Part shown: positions 32,093 through 43,641 of the stretch, in pieces
Position numbering within the stretch: position 1 is the stretch's first letter
Layout: the number at the start of each line of letters is the position of its first letter
Assembly (NCBI GenBank): GCA_963696385.1
Contig: CAVOKF010000005.1
Span: 128,001 to 192,000 of the forward strand
Reading direction: 5' to 3'
DNA from: an uncultured delta proteobacterium
GTDB lineage: Bacteria; Myxococcota_A; Polyangia; Polyangiales; Polyangiaceae
DNA length: 64,000 nt
Notes under the pieces: generated by a model
Told to the model about the DNA's origin: nothing
Seen by the model: only the letters and a program-made list of their open reading frames with translations
The model's database searches: none
Made by a program: the position numbers and the translations under genes

Positions 32093-33955
32093 ATGCATTG
32101 GCTTCGCGCGCTCGCCCCGGCTGCAGCCGCAGTCGTCATGCTGCTTGGTATCAGTATCGCTGGGTCTTGCGGTCACGCGCCCCCATTGCAACTCCTCCGC
32201 GTGCTGGACATCGCGCCGCGCGACGTGGAGCTCGGCGATCGCGTGGTGATCTTGGGAGAGGGCTTTGCGCCGGGCAAGGCCGCGCGAGTCACATTTCGAG
32301 GGACTCTGCACCGAGCCGGCGAGCGCGGACAGCGCAACGCGGTAATCGAGACCACGGGTGTCGTCGTCGGTCCGCAGCGCGTGGAAATTTCGTTTGACGA
32401 GGCGCTCGAGGCCATCTTCTGCCGATCGGGCGATCGGGCTGCCCATACGACATTCGAAGGCGATGTCGAAGTAGCGTTTGCTGCCTCGGAATTTGGGGCT
32501 CCGCCGATCGGCGGTGCACTCCAGGGCGTCACGATCGACGTTCGAGCCCCTGCCGGGGCCGCGGACGGAGCCCGCGACGCAGAAGGGGAGCGATTGCTCA
32601 ACTGGATCGGTTTGCGTGTGGCGTCTGATGGGCGGACGGGTCTCCTAATCGAGGCGGTCGTCCCTGGATCGTCGGCTGAGAAGGCGGGCGTCGTCTCGGG
32701 CGATGTCCTGGCGAGCTTCGATGGTGTGCGTGTCATGTCCCCCGGCGACGCGGTGCCCGCGGCCGGAGACACGGAAGCCTGGGTGGGCGTTCGGCCATCG
32801 GGCTCCGCCACCGAGATTGGCCGAGCCGTTTCGGTTGCTGGCTTCCGTCGCGCGCCGCCGGAGCGCTTTGCGGCCGCCACACTCATCGTTCTGACGGCAT
32901 TGACGGCCGTCCTGCTTTTGGGCACACCAACTCCCGGTCCTGTGGCGGTGGTTCTTCAGCGCTTCGTGTGCCGTCTGCGTGCCCACACCGCTTCGGACGC
33001 AAAAGACGGGGCATGGGGGCAGCATCTTGGCGTCTTCGTGAGGGGTGCTCGTCCGCCGCTCCACGTCGGCGTCCCGTCTGCTGTTGCCGGTTTGATTGCC
33101 TGTGCAACCTTTGCCGTCATGCCGTTCGGCCAGTATCTCGTGGCGGCGAGGCTTGACGTCGGGGTCCTGTTCGTTGCCGCCGCGACTGCGTTGGCCGCGG
33201 CCGCGTTCGTCGCGGCAGACTCACCCTCGCGAGGCGCGCTGAATGCGTTGCAAGTACTGTGGCAGCACGTCCCGGGCGCTCTAGCGGTGGCCGGTGTCGT
33301 GCTCTCGACCGGATCGCTGCGTGTTCAAGAGGTGGTGCGTGCTCAAGGTGGGTCGCCCTGGGACTGGCTAGCTTTCCGGAGCCCCGCTTCGCTCGTCGCC
33401 GCATGGATTTTATTCGAAAGTGTAAGCGTCGAACGCAGCTGTTCTTATCAATCCACCGGGCTCGCGACGCGGGTCGACGACTTGACTGCCCCGCAGGGCG
33501 CGCAAGGGGGCCCGTCGTTCGAGGCCGCACTGCGTGTACATCAGTTCGTTATCGCAGGTCTCGTGAGCGCGCTCTTTCTAGGCGGCTGGTCACTGCCCGG
33601 TCTTTCGCCCGCGCAGCAAGACTCTCGGCCGGCGCTCGAGGTCGTGGGCGCGACCGTGTTTCTCGCAAAGGCAACGGCCCTCGTGTTCGTATCGACGTCT
33701 GCACGCAGGGGACTTCCGCCTTTGACCCTCTGGCAGAGAACGCGTTGGACCGTCGAGTGCTCTCTACCGATATCTGTCGGAAGTCTCGCCGGGTGCGCAG
33801 CCTGGGCCAACTGGGGACCTCCGCCAGCCACGCAATGGCTCGCGAGCGGCGGTCTCACTTTGGTCGCGCTTCTGGTCGCCGTCGCGCTCGGCCACCGGGT
33901 GGTCTATGGGCTGACGTCACCGGTCGTCGATGCGCGCCTCAATCCTTTTCTTTGA
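32093..33955 (+). CDS. IPT/TIG-like + PDZ + degenerate NuoH (complex I subunit 1)-like membrane domain
   Basis: Signal peptide; IAP..VELGDRVVILGEGF; PDZ GLLIEAVVPGSSAEKAGVVSGDVLASFDG; NuoH-like FAVMPFG..LDVGVLF, GSL...VVRAQ, LFLGGW, FLAK. Confidence 0.75.
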   Translation: MHWLRALAPAAAAVVMLLGISIAGSCGHAPPLQLLRVLDIAPRDVELGDRVVILGEGFAPGKAARVTFRGTLHRAGERGQRNAVIETTGVVVGPQRVEISFDEALEAIFCRSGDRAAHTTFEGDVEVAFAASEFGAPPIGGALQGVTIDVRAPAGAADGARDAEGERLLNWIGLRVASDGRTGLLIEAVVPGSSAEKAGVVSGDVLASFDGVRVMSPGDAVPAAGDTEAWVGVRPSGSATEIGRAVSVAGFRRAPPERFAAATLIVLTALTAVLLLGTPTPGPVAVVLQRFVCRLRAHTASDAKDGAWGQHLGVFVRGARPPLHVGVPSAVAGLIACATFAVMPFGQYLVAARLDVGVLFVAAATALAAAAFVAADSPSRGALNALQVLWQHVPGALAVAGVVLSTGSLRVQEVVRAQGGSPWDWLAFRSPASLVAAWILFESVSVERSCSYQSTGLATRVDDLTAPQGAQGGPSFEAALRVHQFVIAGLVSALFLGGWSLPGLSPAQQDSRPALEVVGATVFLAKATALVFVSTSARRGLPPLTLWQRTRWTVECSLPISVGSLAGCAAWANWGPPPATQWLASGGLTLVALLVAVALGHRVVYGLTSPVVDARLNPFL

Positions 33956-34025
33956 AGCTCGACGCATGCATGGAAGCGTCAAGCTTTACAGCCCGCCGAC
34001 CGAAGACGATAGCTTGAAGCCGTCG

Positions 34026-35615
34026 ATGGCCGACTCCGCCGGTGCCCCCCTGCAACAGCACATCGTCCTCTCCCAGACGCTTTGGCTGCTCATCGCTCCA
34101 CTGCTTCTCCAGCTCGCGTGGCACCTCACCGCGGCTTGTTGGCCTCGCCGACGGGGAGCGAAAGTTACAGTCAATCGGAGCAAAGGGGACTGGGCAAGCA
34201 TAACGGGCATGGCAACCATTGGATGCGTGACGGGAGCGACGCTCGCGCACGCGATCGCACTGGTCCAAGCGCCCACACCTACGGCGTTCGTCGAATATGT
34301 CACGAGTGGCGCTCGAGTTGGCAGGGTCGATGCCCCGATTGCCTTCGATTTCGACTCGCTTTCGGCTGCAGCCTGCCTCCTCTTGTGCATGGTTGCCTTC
34401 GGTGCCGCGACGTGGCTGGCCATGCATCCCGAGGTTGTGCGCAGCTCGGGCGCATGGGCATGCCTTGAGCTGGGGCTCGCTGGGGGGATGGTATCGTTTC
34501 TGGCCGACGGAGTGGTCACGATGGCGATGGGGTGGACGCTTGCGGCCATCGCTGCCGCGTGGCTCGCCGGGTGGACGGATCTCCGGGCAGCCGCGCTCGC
34601 GGCGACGCGCGCGGCCGCCGCAACCGCGCTCCTGCTCTTAGGAGGGGCTGTACTTTTCTGGCGGCTCGAGGGAGCGAGACAGGACTCCGCGGTCCAGGGG
34701 TCGTCCGAGTTCGTCGTGCTGCGCTCGAGCGACCCACGGGTTCATGGCTCTGCGTTGACGCTGGCGAGTGTTCCAGGCGCGCTCGTGTACCTGGATGGTG
34801 CACGAACCCCGCTCGCCAGGGCCCCGTTCGTTGGACTGCCGATTCCAAGCGGTTCGCACTCCATTCGCATCCATTCCGGCAGTGCGTCGGACGACGCGGT
34901 AATTACCGCAGAAGCTTCGGCTGAAGGCACGTTGATCACGCTGATACCGTCCGGCCTTTCTCTTTCGTTTCGCGAGGTCGGCGCCGCGATCGCCGCTGGC
35001 TCTGGCGAGCCGTCCGAACCGGCCGGCGATGACGGCGTCGCGGCGTCCGCACTCTGGCTCTGGATGGCGGCAGCCTGGGTCGTAAGTGCGGGGGCTCCGC
35101 CGGCCAATGTGCCCGCCCCACTTGTCGCGCTCTCGCATGGTGCGACCACCGCGATCTTGGGTCCGTTCCTGCTCGGCCGTGCCAGCGTTCTGCTCGCGCT
35201 CGCCCCACGAACAGGTCTTGTTCTGGCTGCGGCGGTCGCGGCGATCCTCGTCGCCGCTTCGCGTAGCCTTTGGTTGCCCGCGTCGCGCGCCGTTGATGCA
35301 GCGTCAGGGGCCACCGCGTGGCTGCTCGACCGATCACCCGCGCGTGCAGGAGCCCTACTGATTCGCTTCGAGCATTGGGTCGTGGATGGGATTGGCGGAC
35401 TTGCGGGAACGCTCGCTCGGATCGCCGCTTGGGGGGCGTCGCGGGTTGACGCGAGACTATTTAAAGGCCCTGGCGTCGCGATCGGTACGCGCGTCGCCTG
35501 GTTCGGACGTGAAGCGGAGCCGATCGTCGGCATGCCCCTCGGTCGCGTTGCCTGGGTCGTTGTGGTCGCCTTGGCCGTGGCCGCGGTGGCGCATGGCCTC
35601 TGGGCGGGCCGGTGA
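34026..35615 (+). CDS. Degenerate, internally shortened NuoL-like subunit with an inserted PEGA-like domain
   Basis: FDSLSA, FLADG..MAMGW...WLAGW, PAPLVALSHGAT..GPFLLGR, C-terminal WVVDG; insert SVPGALVYLDG...GSHSIRI. Confidence 0.65.
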   Translation: MADSAGAPLQQHIVLSQTLWLLIAPLLLQLAWHLTAACWPRRRGAKVTVNRSKGDWASITGMATIGCVTGATLAHAIALVQAPTPTAFVEYVTSGARVGRVDAPIAFDFDSLSAAACLLLCMVAFGAATWLAMHPEVVRSSGAWACLELGLAGGMVSFLADGVVTMAMGWTLAAIAAAWLAGWTDLRAAALAATRAAAATALLLLGGAVLFWRLEGARQDSAVQGSSEFVVLRSSDPRVHGSALTLASVPGALVYLDGARTPLARAPFVGLPIPSGSHSIRIHSGSASDDAVITAEASAEGTLITLIPSGLSLSFREVGAAIAAGSGEPSEPAGDDGVAASALWLWMAAAWVVSAGAPPANVPAPLVALSHGATTAILGPFLLGRASVLLALAPRTGLVLAAAVAAILVAASRSLWLPASRAVDAASGATAWLLDRSPARAGALLIRFEHWVVDGIGGLAGTLARIAAWGASRVDARLFKGPGVAIGTRVAWFGREAEPIVGMPLGRVAWVVVVALAVAAVAHGLWAGR

Positions 35616-35622
35616 GGCAGCC

Positions 35623-37689
35623 GTGAGAGCGTCGTTCATCCGCTGGCTCGGCGTTGTCGGCGCGATCGTGGTCGTGCTCGCCACCGCGACGGCCCGGGCG
35701 GATCCGTCCGGAGGGCGCATCGCGCTGACGCTCTCGGCAGGTGGACAGGGCCCGCTCGTGCTTCGGCCCGGGGAGGGGGGAATGGTCGGCCAGTTCAGAA
35801 TTGGCAACGTGGGCTCCGATCCACTGACCGTTTCGCGCATTGCAATCCGTGGAGACGAAGACGACATCCGCTCGCCGTCACGCCTGTCTGTGCGCTTCGT
35901 TGACGGGGCGGCTACCACCGCGACGATTGCCCCGGGTGCGTCGAAGGACGTAATCGTCTCATGGATGCCCGACCGCGATCCGCGGGTCCGACAGGCATTC
36001 GGTCATGTCGTCGCCACCTCGACCGACGAGCGGTCGGGCGAAGTCGCGATGGGCTTTCGGGCTCAGCTGCCGACGGGCCTCGGACGGATCGGCGAGCACG
36101 CACTCGCGTTGCTCGTGCTGGGGCCGCTGCTGGTCATTGTCCTCGTCGCGGCGGCCCGAATGGCGGGGCTGCGCGACGATCCGCGCATCGGCCTCTTGTG
36201 TGTCGCGGTCGGGGCGCTTGAGCTGCTGTTGGCCTTGTGGTGTTACCGGCGTTTCGCAAGCGACGTTGCCCGCGCAGACGGAAACGACGGCTTTCAACTC
36301 GTTGAGCGCGCGGTGTGGGTGCGATCCATTGGTTCGGAATGGTACGTCGGTGTCGACGGCGCGAGCATTGCGTTCGTGCTGCTCGCCGCCGTCGTCGCAT
36401 TCGTGGCGCTGCTCATCGCGAGCGTCGAGCGGCGAGGTGGTGCGTACTACGCGACACTCGCGTTGCTCTCGACCGGCATCATGGGGGTTCTCGTCGCGTT
36501 GGATCTCGTGCTGCTGTTTGCTGCCTGGCAGGTCGTCTGGCTGGCACTGGTGCTGTTGGTGGGCGGTTGGGGTGGCCGGCGCAGTGCGCTGGCCGCTAGT
36601 AAGATGGCTGTTGCAGGTGTCGTCGGGTCGACTGCGTTGCTGATCGCATTCGTTGCTCTCTCCCGAGCCTCGGGACCGACCTTTCTGGTCGATGGTGCAG
36701 CGATCGCGCACACGCTTGCGGTCCCCGAGTTGTCGCGAACGGCCTTTTCGGCAAGCGCGCCCATTTGTGGCATGCCCTTCGTCGCCGTGACCTCGGCGCT
36801 GCTCTTTGCCGGGATTGCGATACTCTCTCCGGTGGTGCCGTTTCACCGATGGCTGCCGGATGCGCTTGAGCACGGGCCCGCTTCGGCGGGCATCCTTCTA
36901 GGTGGAGTGGTGGTCACCCTTGGGCCGTATCTGCTCCTGCGGGTGGGGCTGAGCGCCCTGCCAGAAGGGGCACGGTGGGGTGCGGCAGCCGTTGCGGTTC
37001 TCGGTTCGTTCGGCGCCGGTTGGGGTGCCTTGTGTGCGATGGCACAGCGCGATCTGCGGCGCTTCGTCGCCTACACTACGATCGCCGCGTCGGGGTTGTC
37101 GCTGTACGGCATCGGCTCTCTCACCGCGGAAGGAATCACGGCGGCGATGATGGCGCTTTTTGCGCATGGCCTCTCGGCCGCGCTCCTACTGGGCGTTGCC
37201 AGTGCCATCGAACAACGCGTTCACACGAGCGACGCGCAGAGACTCGGTGCGCTGGTCGTCGACGCACCGGCACTTCGGTTGTTCGCGGCGGTCGGATTAG
37301 GCGTTTCGCTCGGTGCTCCGGGCCTCGTCGGCTGGTGGGGGATTTTGCTCGCTTTTTTGGGGGGATTCGCCCGCTACCCGGCTCTGGCCGTCGTTCTGGC
37401 GGCTGCGGTCGTGGCCTCCGCCGCCGCCCACATCCGAATCGGCCGCCTGCTGCTGATGGGCGAAGTTCACCGGTCGTGGCGCGACAGCACTTACCTGAAG
37501 CCATTTGGCGGGGTGCTTCCCGATGCGACGTCCGCCAATCTCGTCGCCCTCGCACCCCTTGCCGCGATTGCCGCCGTCCTCGGCCTATGGCCGTCGCCCA
37601 TCTTGGCGCCGATGGGGGTCAGCGCCCGTGACAGCAGTGCACTCGTGGACCTCGAACGCGCGGACGCGCGGACGCAGCGACTCGAATGA
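35623..37689 (+). CDS. Signal peptide + Ig-like domain + degenerate NuoM-like antiporter subunit
   Basis: GTG start with GAGG upstream; ATARA signal site; FQLVER..W...GVDG.S, DLVL, GGWGG, PFHRWLPDA, AQRDLRRFVAY, AHGL, SLGAPG. Confidence 0.82.
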   Translation: MRASFIRWLGVVGAIVVVLATATARADPSGGRIALTLSAGGQGPLVLRPGEGGMVGQFRIGNVGSDPLTVSRIAIRGDEDDIRSPSRLSVRFVDGAATTATIAPGASKDVIVSWMPDRDPRVRQAFGHVVATSTDERSGEVAMGFRAQLPTGLGRIGEHALALLVLGPLLVIVLVAAARMAGLRDDPRIGLLCVAVGALELLLALWCYRRFASDVARADGNDGFQLVERAVWVRSIGSEWYVGVDGASIAFVLLAAVVAFVALLIASVERRGGAYYATLALLSTGIMGVLVALDLVLLFAAWQVVWLALVLLVGGWGGRRSALAASKMAVAGVVGSTALLIAFVALSRASGPTFLVDGAAIAHTLAVPELSRTAFSASAPICGMPFVAVTSALLFAGIAILSPVVPFHRWLPDALEHGPASAGILLGGVVVTLGPYLLLRVGLSALPEGARWGAAAVAVLGSFGAGWGALCAMAQRDLRRFVAYTTIAASGLSLYGIGSLTAEGITAAMMALFAHGLSAALLLGVASAIEQRVHTSDAQRLGALVVDAPALRLFAAVGLGVSLGAPGLVGWWGILLAFLGGFARYPALAVVLAAAVVASAAAHIRIGRLLLMGEVHRSWRDSTYLKPFGGVLPDATSANLVALAPLAAIAAVLGLWPSPILAPMGVSARDSSALVDLERADARTQRLE

Positions 37690-38047
37690 GACTCAAGGCC
37701 CCCGGCCCCGACCGACCGGGGGGGCCGAAGACCGGACCCGGACGGGCCCCGGGAACGCGCTCAATGTTTATCTGAATACTCCGTTATCCATCTTGCAGGA
37801 TGAGCGCGCCGGCCGCCGTGGCGGCTCCTGTGGAGTGAAGCGAATCCATGTTGAGTGACGCCAGGCGTTCGCGCCTTGCAGCAGTATCGGTTTGTGCCGC
37901 GCTGGCCGGTCTCGTCGCTGGCGCTGGCACGGCGCAGGCGTTCGCGCTCAAGCGCACCTCGCTCGGGCTGCCGTGCGTCGCAGGTCGACGGGGCAGCCAT
38001 GATGTTTACCGTATCGTCTGAGAGGCACTGGTTCGAGGGAGGCTGAC

Positions 38048-38716
38048 GTGGCAAATGTAAGGTCCGAGAGGTATTGGGGCGGATTGACCTCGCGACCGAA
38101 GCGCGGGCGTGATTCGGAAGAATGGTCCGCTCTGCTGGCACATGATCTGAAGACGCCATTTGCGGCTATTTCAATGAATCTCGATTATGTTATTTCTGAT
38201 CTACCCGCCGGGACGTCCGACTCGGTTCACGAAGCGCTCTCGGACTGCAAGGAAGCGAACGGTCGCGCCGTCCGCCTCGTCCAAGACATGGTCGACGGAC
38301 TCCGCTTGGCGACCGGCGAGCTGAAGCCGTCCTTGGTCGACGTCGCGATCTTGCACGTTGTCGAGCGTGTCGTTGCGGCCATGGGGACTGACGCCACCGC
38401 GCACGGCGTGCGCATCCTTTGGGCGTCGGGTAGCGATGTGGTGCGAGCCGATGTAGGCCTCATCGAGCGTGCACTCGGGCGACTCCTCGAGCGCGCGATC
38501 CGGCATGCGGGCGGACGCTGCGTCGTCGTAGACCAGCGTGCCGGGACCATCACCATCCGGGTCGAGACCCCCATCGACAGCGACATCGATTCGTCCGAAC
38601 GCGCGCTTGCGACACATTTCGCGGAGACTGCCGTTCGTGCGCAAGGGGGGTACTTCGCGGTCGAATCCGGCACCGGCTTGCTCGCGTATCGCGTCAAGCT
38701 CCCAATGTGCGAGTGA
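38048..38716 (+). CDS. Sensorless HisKA protein with a degenerate HATPase domain
   Basis: H-box AHDLKTP; N-box reads RLLERA; no G1/F/G2 boxes. Confidence 0.7.
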   Translation: MANVRSERYWGGLTSRPKRGRDSEEWSALLAHDLKTPFAAISMNLDYVISDLPAGTSDSVHEALSDCKEANGRAVRLVQDMVDGLRLATGELKPSLVDVAILHVVERVVAAMGTDATAHGVRILWASGSDVVRADVGLIERALGRLLERAIRHAGGRCVVVDQRAGTITIRVETPIDSDIDSSERALATHFAETAVRAQGGYFAVESGTGLLAYRVKLPMCE

Positions 38717-38723
38717 CGCCGTT

Positions 38724-39665
38724 TCAATCCTTGAGCGCCTCGGCGCCTCCGATGATCTCCATCAGTTCCTTGGTGATGGCTGCCTGACGGGCGCGGTTGT
38801 AGGCGAGCGTCAAGCGCTCGATCATGTCCTTGGCGTTTCGAGTCGCTGCATCCATTGCCGTCATCTGCGCACCGAAGAAGCTCGCTTGGCTCTCGAGCAG
38901 TGCGCGGTACAGGGTAATCTCGACGTACATGGGGACGAGCCGCTCGAGAACGGCTCGTTCGTCGGGCTCGAAAATGTAATCGCTCGACGCACGTCCCTCG
39001 GCTGTCTTAGGCGATCCGCCGTTTGATCGGCCATCCGTTGGACTGGTCCAAGCTCTTCCTGATGGGTCACCGAGCGGGAGCAACCGCTCGATTGTCACCT
39101 TTTGGGCGATGGCGCTTTTGAACTCGTTGAAGACCAAATACACGGAGTCGAACTCACCGCGCTCGAAACGGTGGATGAGCCAGCCTGCGACCTCCCGAGC
39201 CTTACCTACGTCGAGAGTTTCATAGATTCGCTGAAAGTCCCTTGCCACTTTTGCTTCGCGGCGCCCGAGATACTCTCGGCCTTTGCGGCCGCACGTAGCG
39301 AAGGTCACGTCGACGCCACCCTCCGCTTTTTCTCGCCAGGCTCGCTCCGTCGCCTTATTCACGTTCGTGTTGAGCGCTCCGCATAGGCCGCGGTCGCCCG
39401 AGAAGACCACGATCAGCGCTCTCTTTTCCGGCCGGCGGGCGAGAAGCGGGTGCAATGGCTCACTTTGAGACTCGATCGAGACCGCCGTGGCGCGCGCGAC
39501 CGACTCGAGCACGTCTGCCGTCTTCACGGCATAGGGCCGCATCGACACGATACGCTGCTGCGCGCGTGTGAGGCGTGCGCCGGCCACCATTTTCATGGCG
39601 CGCGTAATCTTCTGCGTCGCCTTGGTGCTCGCGATGCGCTTTCGAATCACCTTGAGCGACGGCAT
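38724..39665 (-). CDS. atpG: ATP synthase gamma subunit
   Basis: KITRAMKMVA, DRGLCG, RQAAITKELMEII. Confidence 0.97.
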   Translation of the reverse strand: MPSLKVIRKRIASTKATQKITRAMKMVAGARLTRAQQRIVSMRPYAVKTADVLESVARATAVSIESQSEPLHPLLARRPEKRALIVVFSGDRGLCGALNTNVNKATERAWREKAEGGVDVTFATCGRKGREYLGRREAKVARDFQRIYETLDVGKAREVAGWLIHRFERGEFDSVYLVFNEFKSAIAQKVTIERLLPLGDPSGRAWTSPTDGRSNGGSPKTAEGRASSDYIFEPDERAVLERLVPMYVEITLYRALLESQASFFGAQMTAMDAATRNAKDMIERLTLAYNRARQAAITKELMEIIGGAEALKD

Positions 39666-39667
39666 GG

Positions 39668-41978
<2,311 letters not shown>

Positions 41979-41982
<4 letters not shown>

Positions 41983-42743
41983 AAAGCGCTCTCTCTCGTT
42001 CCGAACGGATCCGCAGGTTGCGCAACGGCAGTGCCCTTCGCGCCGCCGAGTTCGCTCAAGTACGCCTCCGCCAATCGCTCTTGGTCCTCCTGCGTTATGC
42101 GTTGCGCCAAGAGCTCTCTAGCTGCCAGGACGGCCATTTCGACCGTATCGCGCAACAAATCCAGGCGGATTTGCTTCAACTCCTGCTGGACCAGAAACTC
42201 GGCGTCGCGGCGCATTCGGTCAGCTTTCGCCTCCGCGTCCTTGACGATCCGGTCGCGCTCGGCCTCACCGGTGCGCAGCAGTGCGTCGCGGGCCGCCCGG
42301 GCCTCTTCGTCGACCCTCTCGAGCTTGGCCTGATAGGTCTTTGCGCGTGCCTCGGCTTCCTCCTTCATACGTTGCGCTTCGTCGATGTCCTTGGCGATGC
42401 CGTCGCGGCGACTTCGAAGGGCCGCGGCAATTGGCCGCTTGCCGAGCAAGTAGTACCCTCCGACGAGGATGCCGAAGTTGACGAGCATCGCGATGAACGG
42501 TGGCGTATCCGACCCGAACTGCGTCCAGTTCATGGGTGCCGGGCCCGTGTCCTCGGCTTGCTTGAGGGTCTCCTTTGCAGGCTCGCGACGCGCGCTCTCG
42601 TCCGTTGTGGCCGCCGAGCCGCCTCGCGCCGGCCTTGCGTTCCGCGCATGATTCGATTGTGCCCAGGCCAAAAGCGACCACGCGGTGACGAGCCCCATGG
42701 CGACGAGGGCGAGCCGCCTCGCGATTCGTGCGCCCCTCCTCAC
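41979..42743 (-). CDS. atpF: ATP synthase b subunit with an N-terminal extension
   Basis: NF..L TM segment, KRPI...L..RR..I, coiled coil; operon position. Confidence 0.85.
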
Positions 42744-43225
42744 GACCGCACCGGACGTCCGAGGATGCGGCCGACCAGGTCCTGGGCCATGGCCGTGGTC
42801 TCGGCCTTCAGGACTGCGCGCGCCCGCTGAGCCTCAGCGTGTGCCGTCCGCTTGCCCTCCTCGGAAACGCGCGCGATCGATTCTCGGAGAGCCGACAAGA
42901 TCTCTGCCTCCCGCCTGAGCCCGTCGGCGCGCGCCTTTTCGCGTTGCGCGCTCCCTTCGACGCGAGCTGCGGCCATGGCGGCTTGATACTCGCTAAGTGC
43001 GCTGACCGACTTCTCGTCGATGTGTCGGGCCTGAGCCTTCACTCCTTCGATAAGACGCTCCCGCTGTTCGAACAGCCGAAGCATCGGATCGAAGAGAAGC
43101 GGCTTGAGGACGAGCGTCAGCCCGACAAAAAGGAAGAGCTGGACGAGGAACGTCGCGTCGAAATCGACGTTGATGGCCTGCGGGGGTGCTGCAAGCACGA
43201 TGCCGTCGAAGGAGGCCGAAACCAT
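42740..43225 (-). CDS. ATP synthase b' subunit
   Basis: DATFLVQ..LF...LLFDP...FEQRE, coiled coil; operon position. Confidence 0.85.
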   Translation of the reverse strand: MVSASFDGIVLAAPPQAINVDFDATFLVQLFLFVGLTLVLKPLLFDPMLRLFEQRERLIEGVKAQARHIDEKSVSALSEYQAAMAAARVEGSAQREKARADGLRREAEILSALRESIARVSEEGKRTAHAEAQRARAVLKAETTAMAQDLVGRILGRPVRS

Positions 43226-43323
43226 GCGTCTCCGTTCGTTCAGTCAGGAGGGAAAAGTCGAGCGCGCCCAGTAGCACTGCGCGGTTCGAGTGTCCATTGC
43301 TGCCCGTGGTTCGATCCTGCTTC

Positions 43324-43581
43324 TCAGCGCCGCCGCTCAATGCGGGACTTCCCCGCCGCACTTGCCTTGGCGTAGGGCCTCTGCGGCGTGGTGCGGCTTC
43401 CGACGAGTACGGGCCCGTTGGCGTGCATTTCCGGGTGAACGCTCGCGAGACCCTCAGTGCGTGCGAACCCGGCGAGGTCTCCAGCGTTGCGATCCATCCA
43501 CACGCTGAAACGACGCCAAAACGCACGCCCCGCTTCTTGGCCGAGCGGGACCCCATCGACGTGAACCTTCAGGGAACTCAT
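43324..43581 (-). CDS. Small hypothetical protein
   Basis: 85-aa ORF filling the gap on the same strand; globular-looking sequence (VDG...FWRRFS.WM...GDLAGFA). Confidence 0.55.
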   Translation of the reverse strand: MSSLKVHVDGVPLGQEAGRAFWRRFSVWMDRNAGDLAGFARTEGLASVHPEMHANGPVLVGSRTTPQRPYAKASAAGKSRIERRR

Positions 43582-43641
43582 GACCTTCCGATCGGCGCAT
43601 CGGATCGTCCAGCAATGCAGCAAACAACCGCACGATAGATA

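Noticed and set aside
37697..37730. GC-rich hairpin after the NuoM-like gene
   Set aside because: Low complexity, no U tract; too weak to call a terminator
37925..37940. TGGCACG as a sigma54 -24 element
   Set aside because: No TTGC-like -12 element at the required spacing
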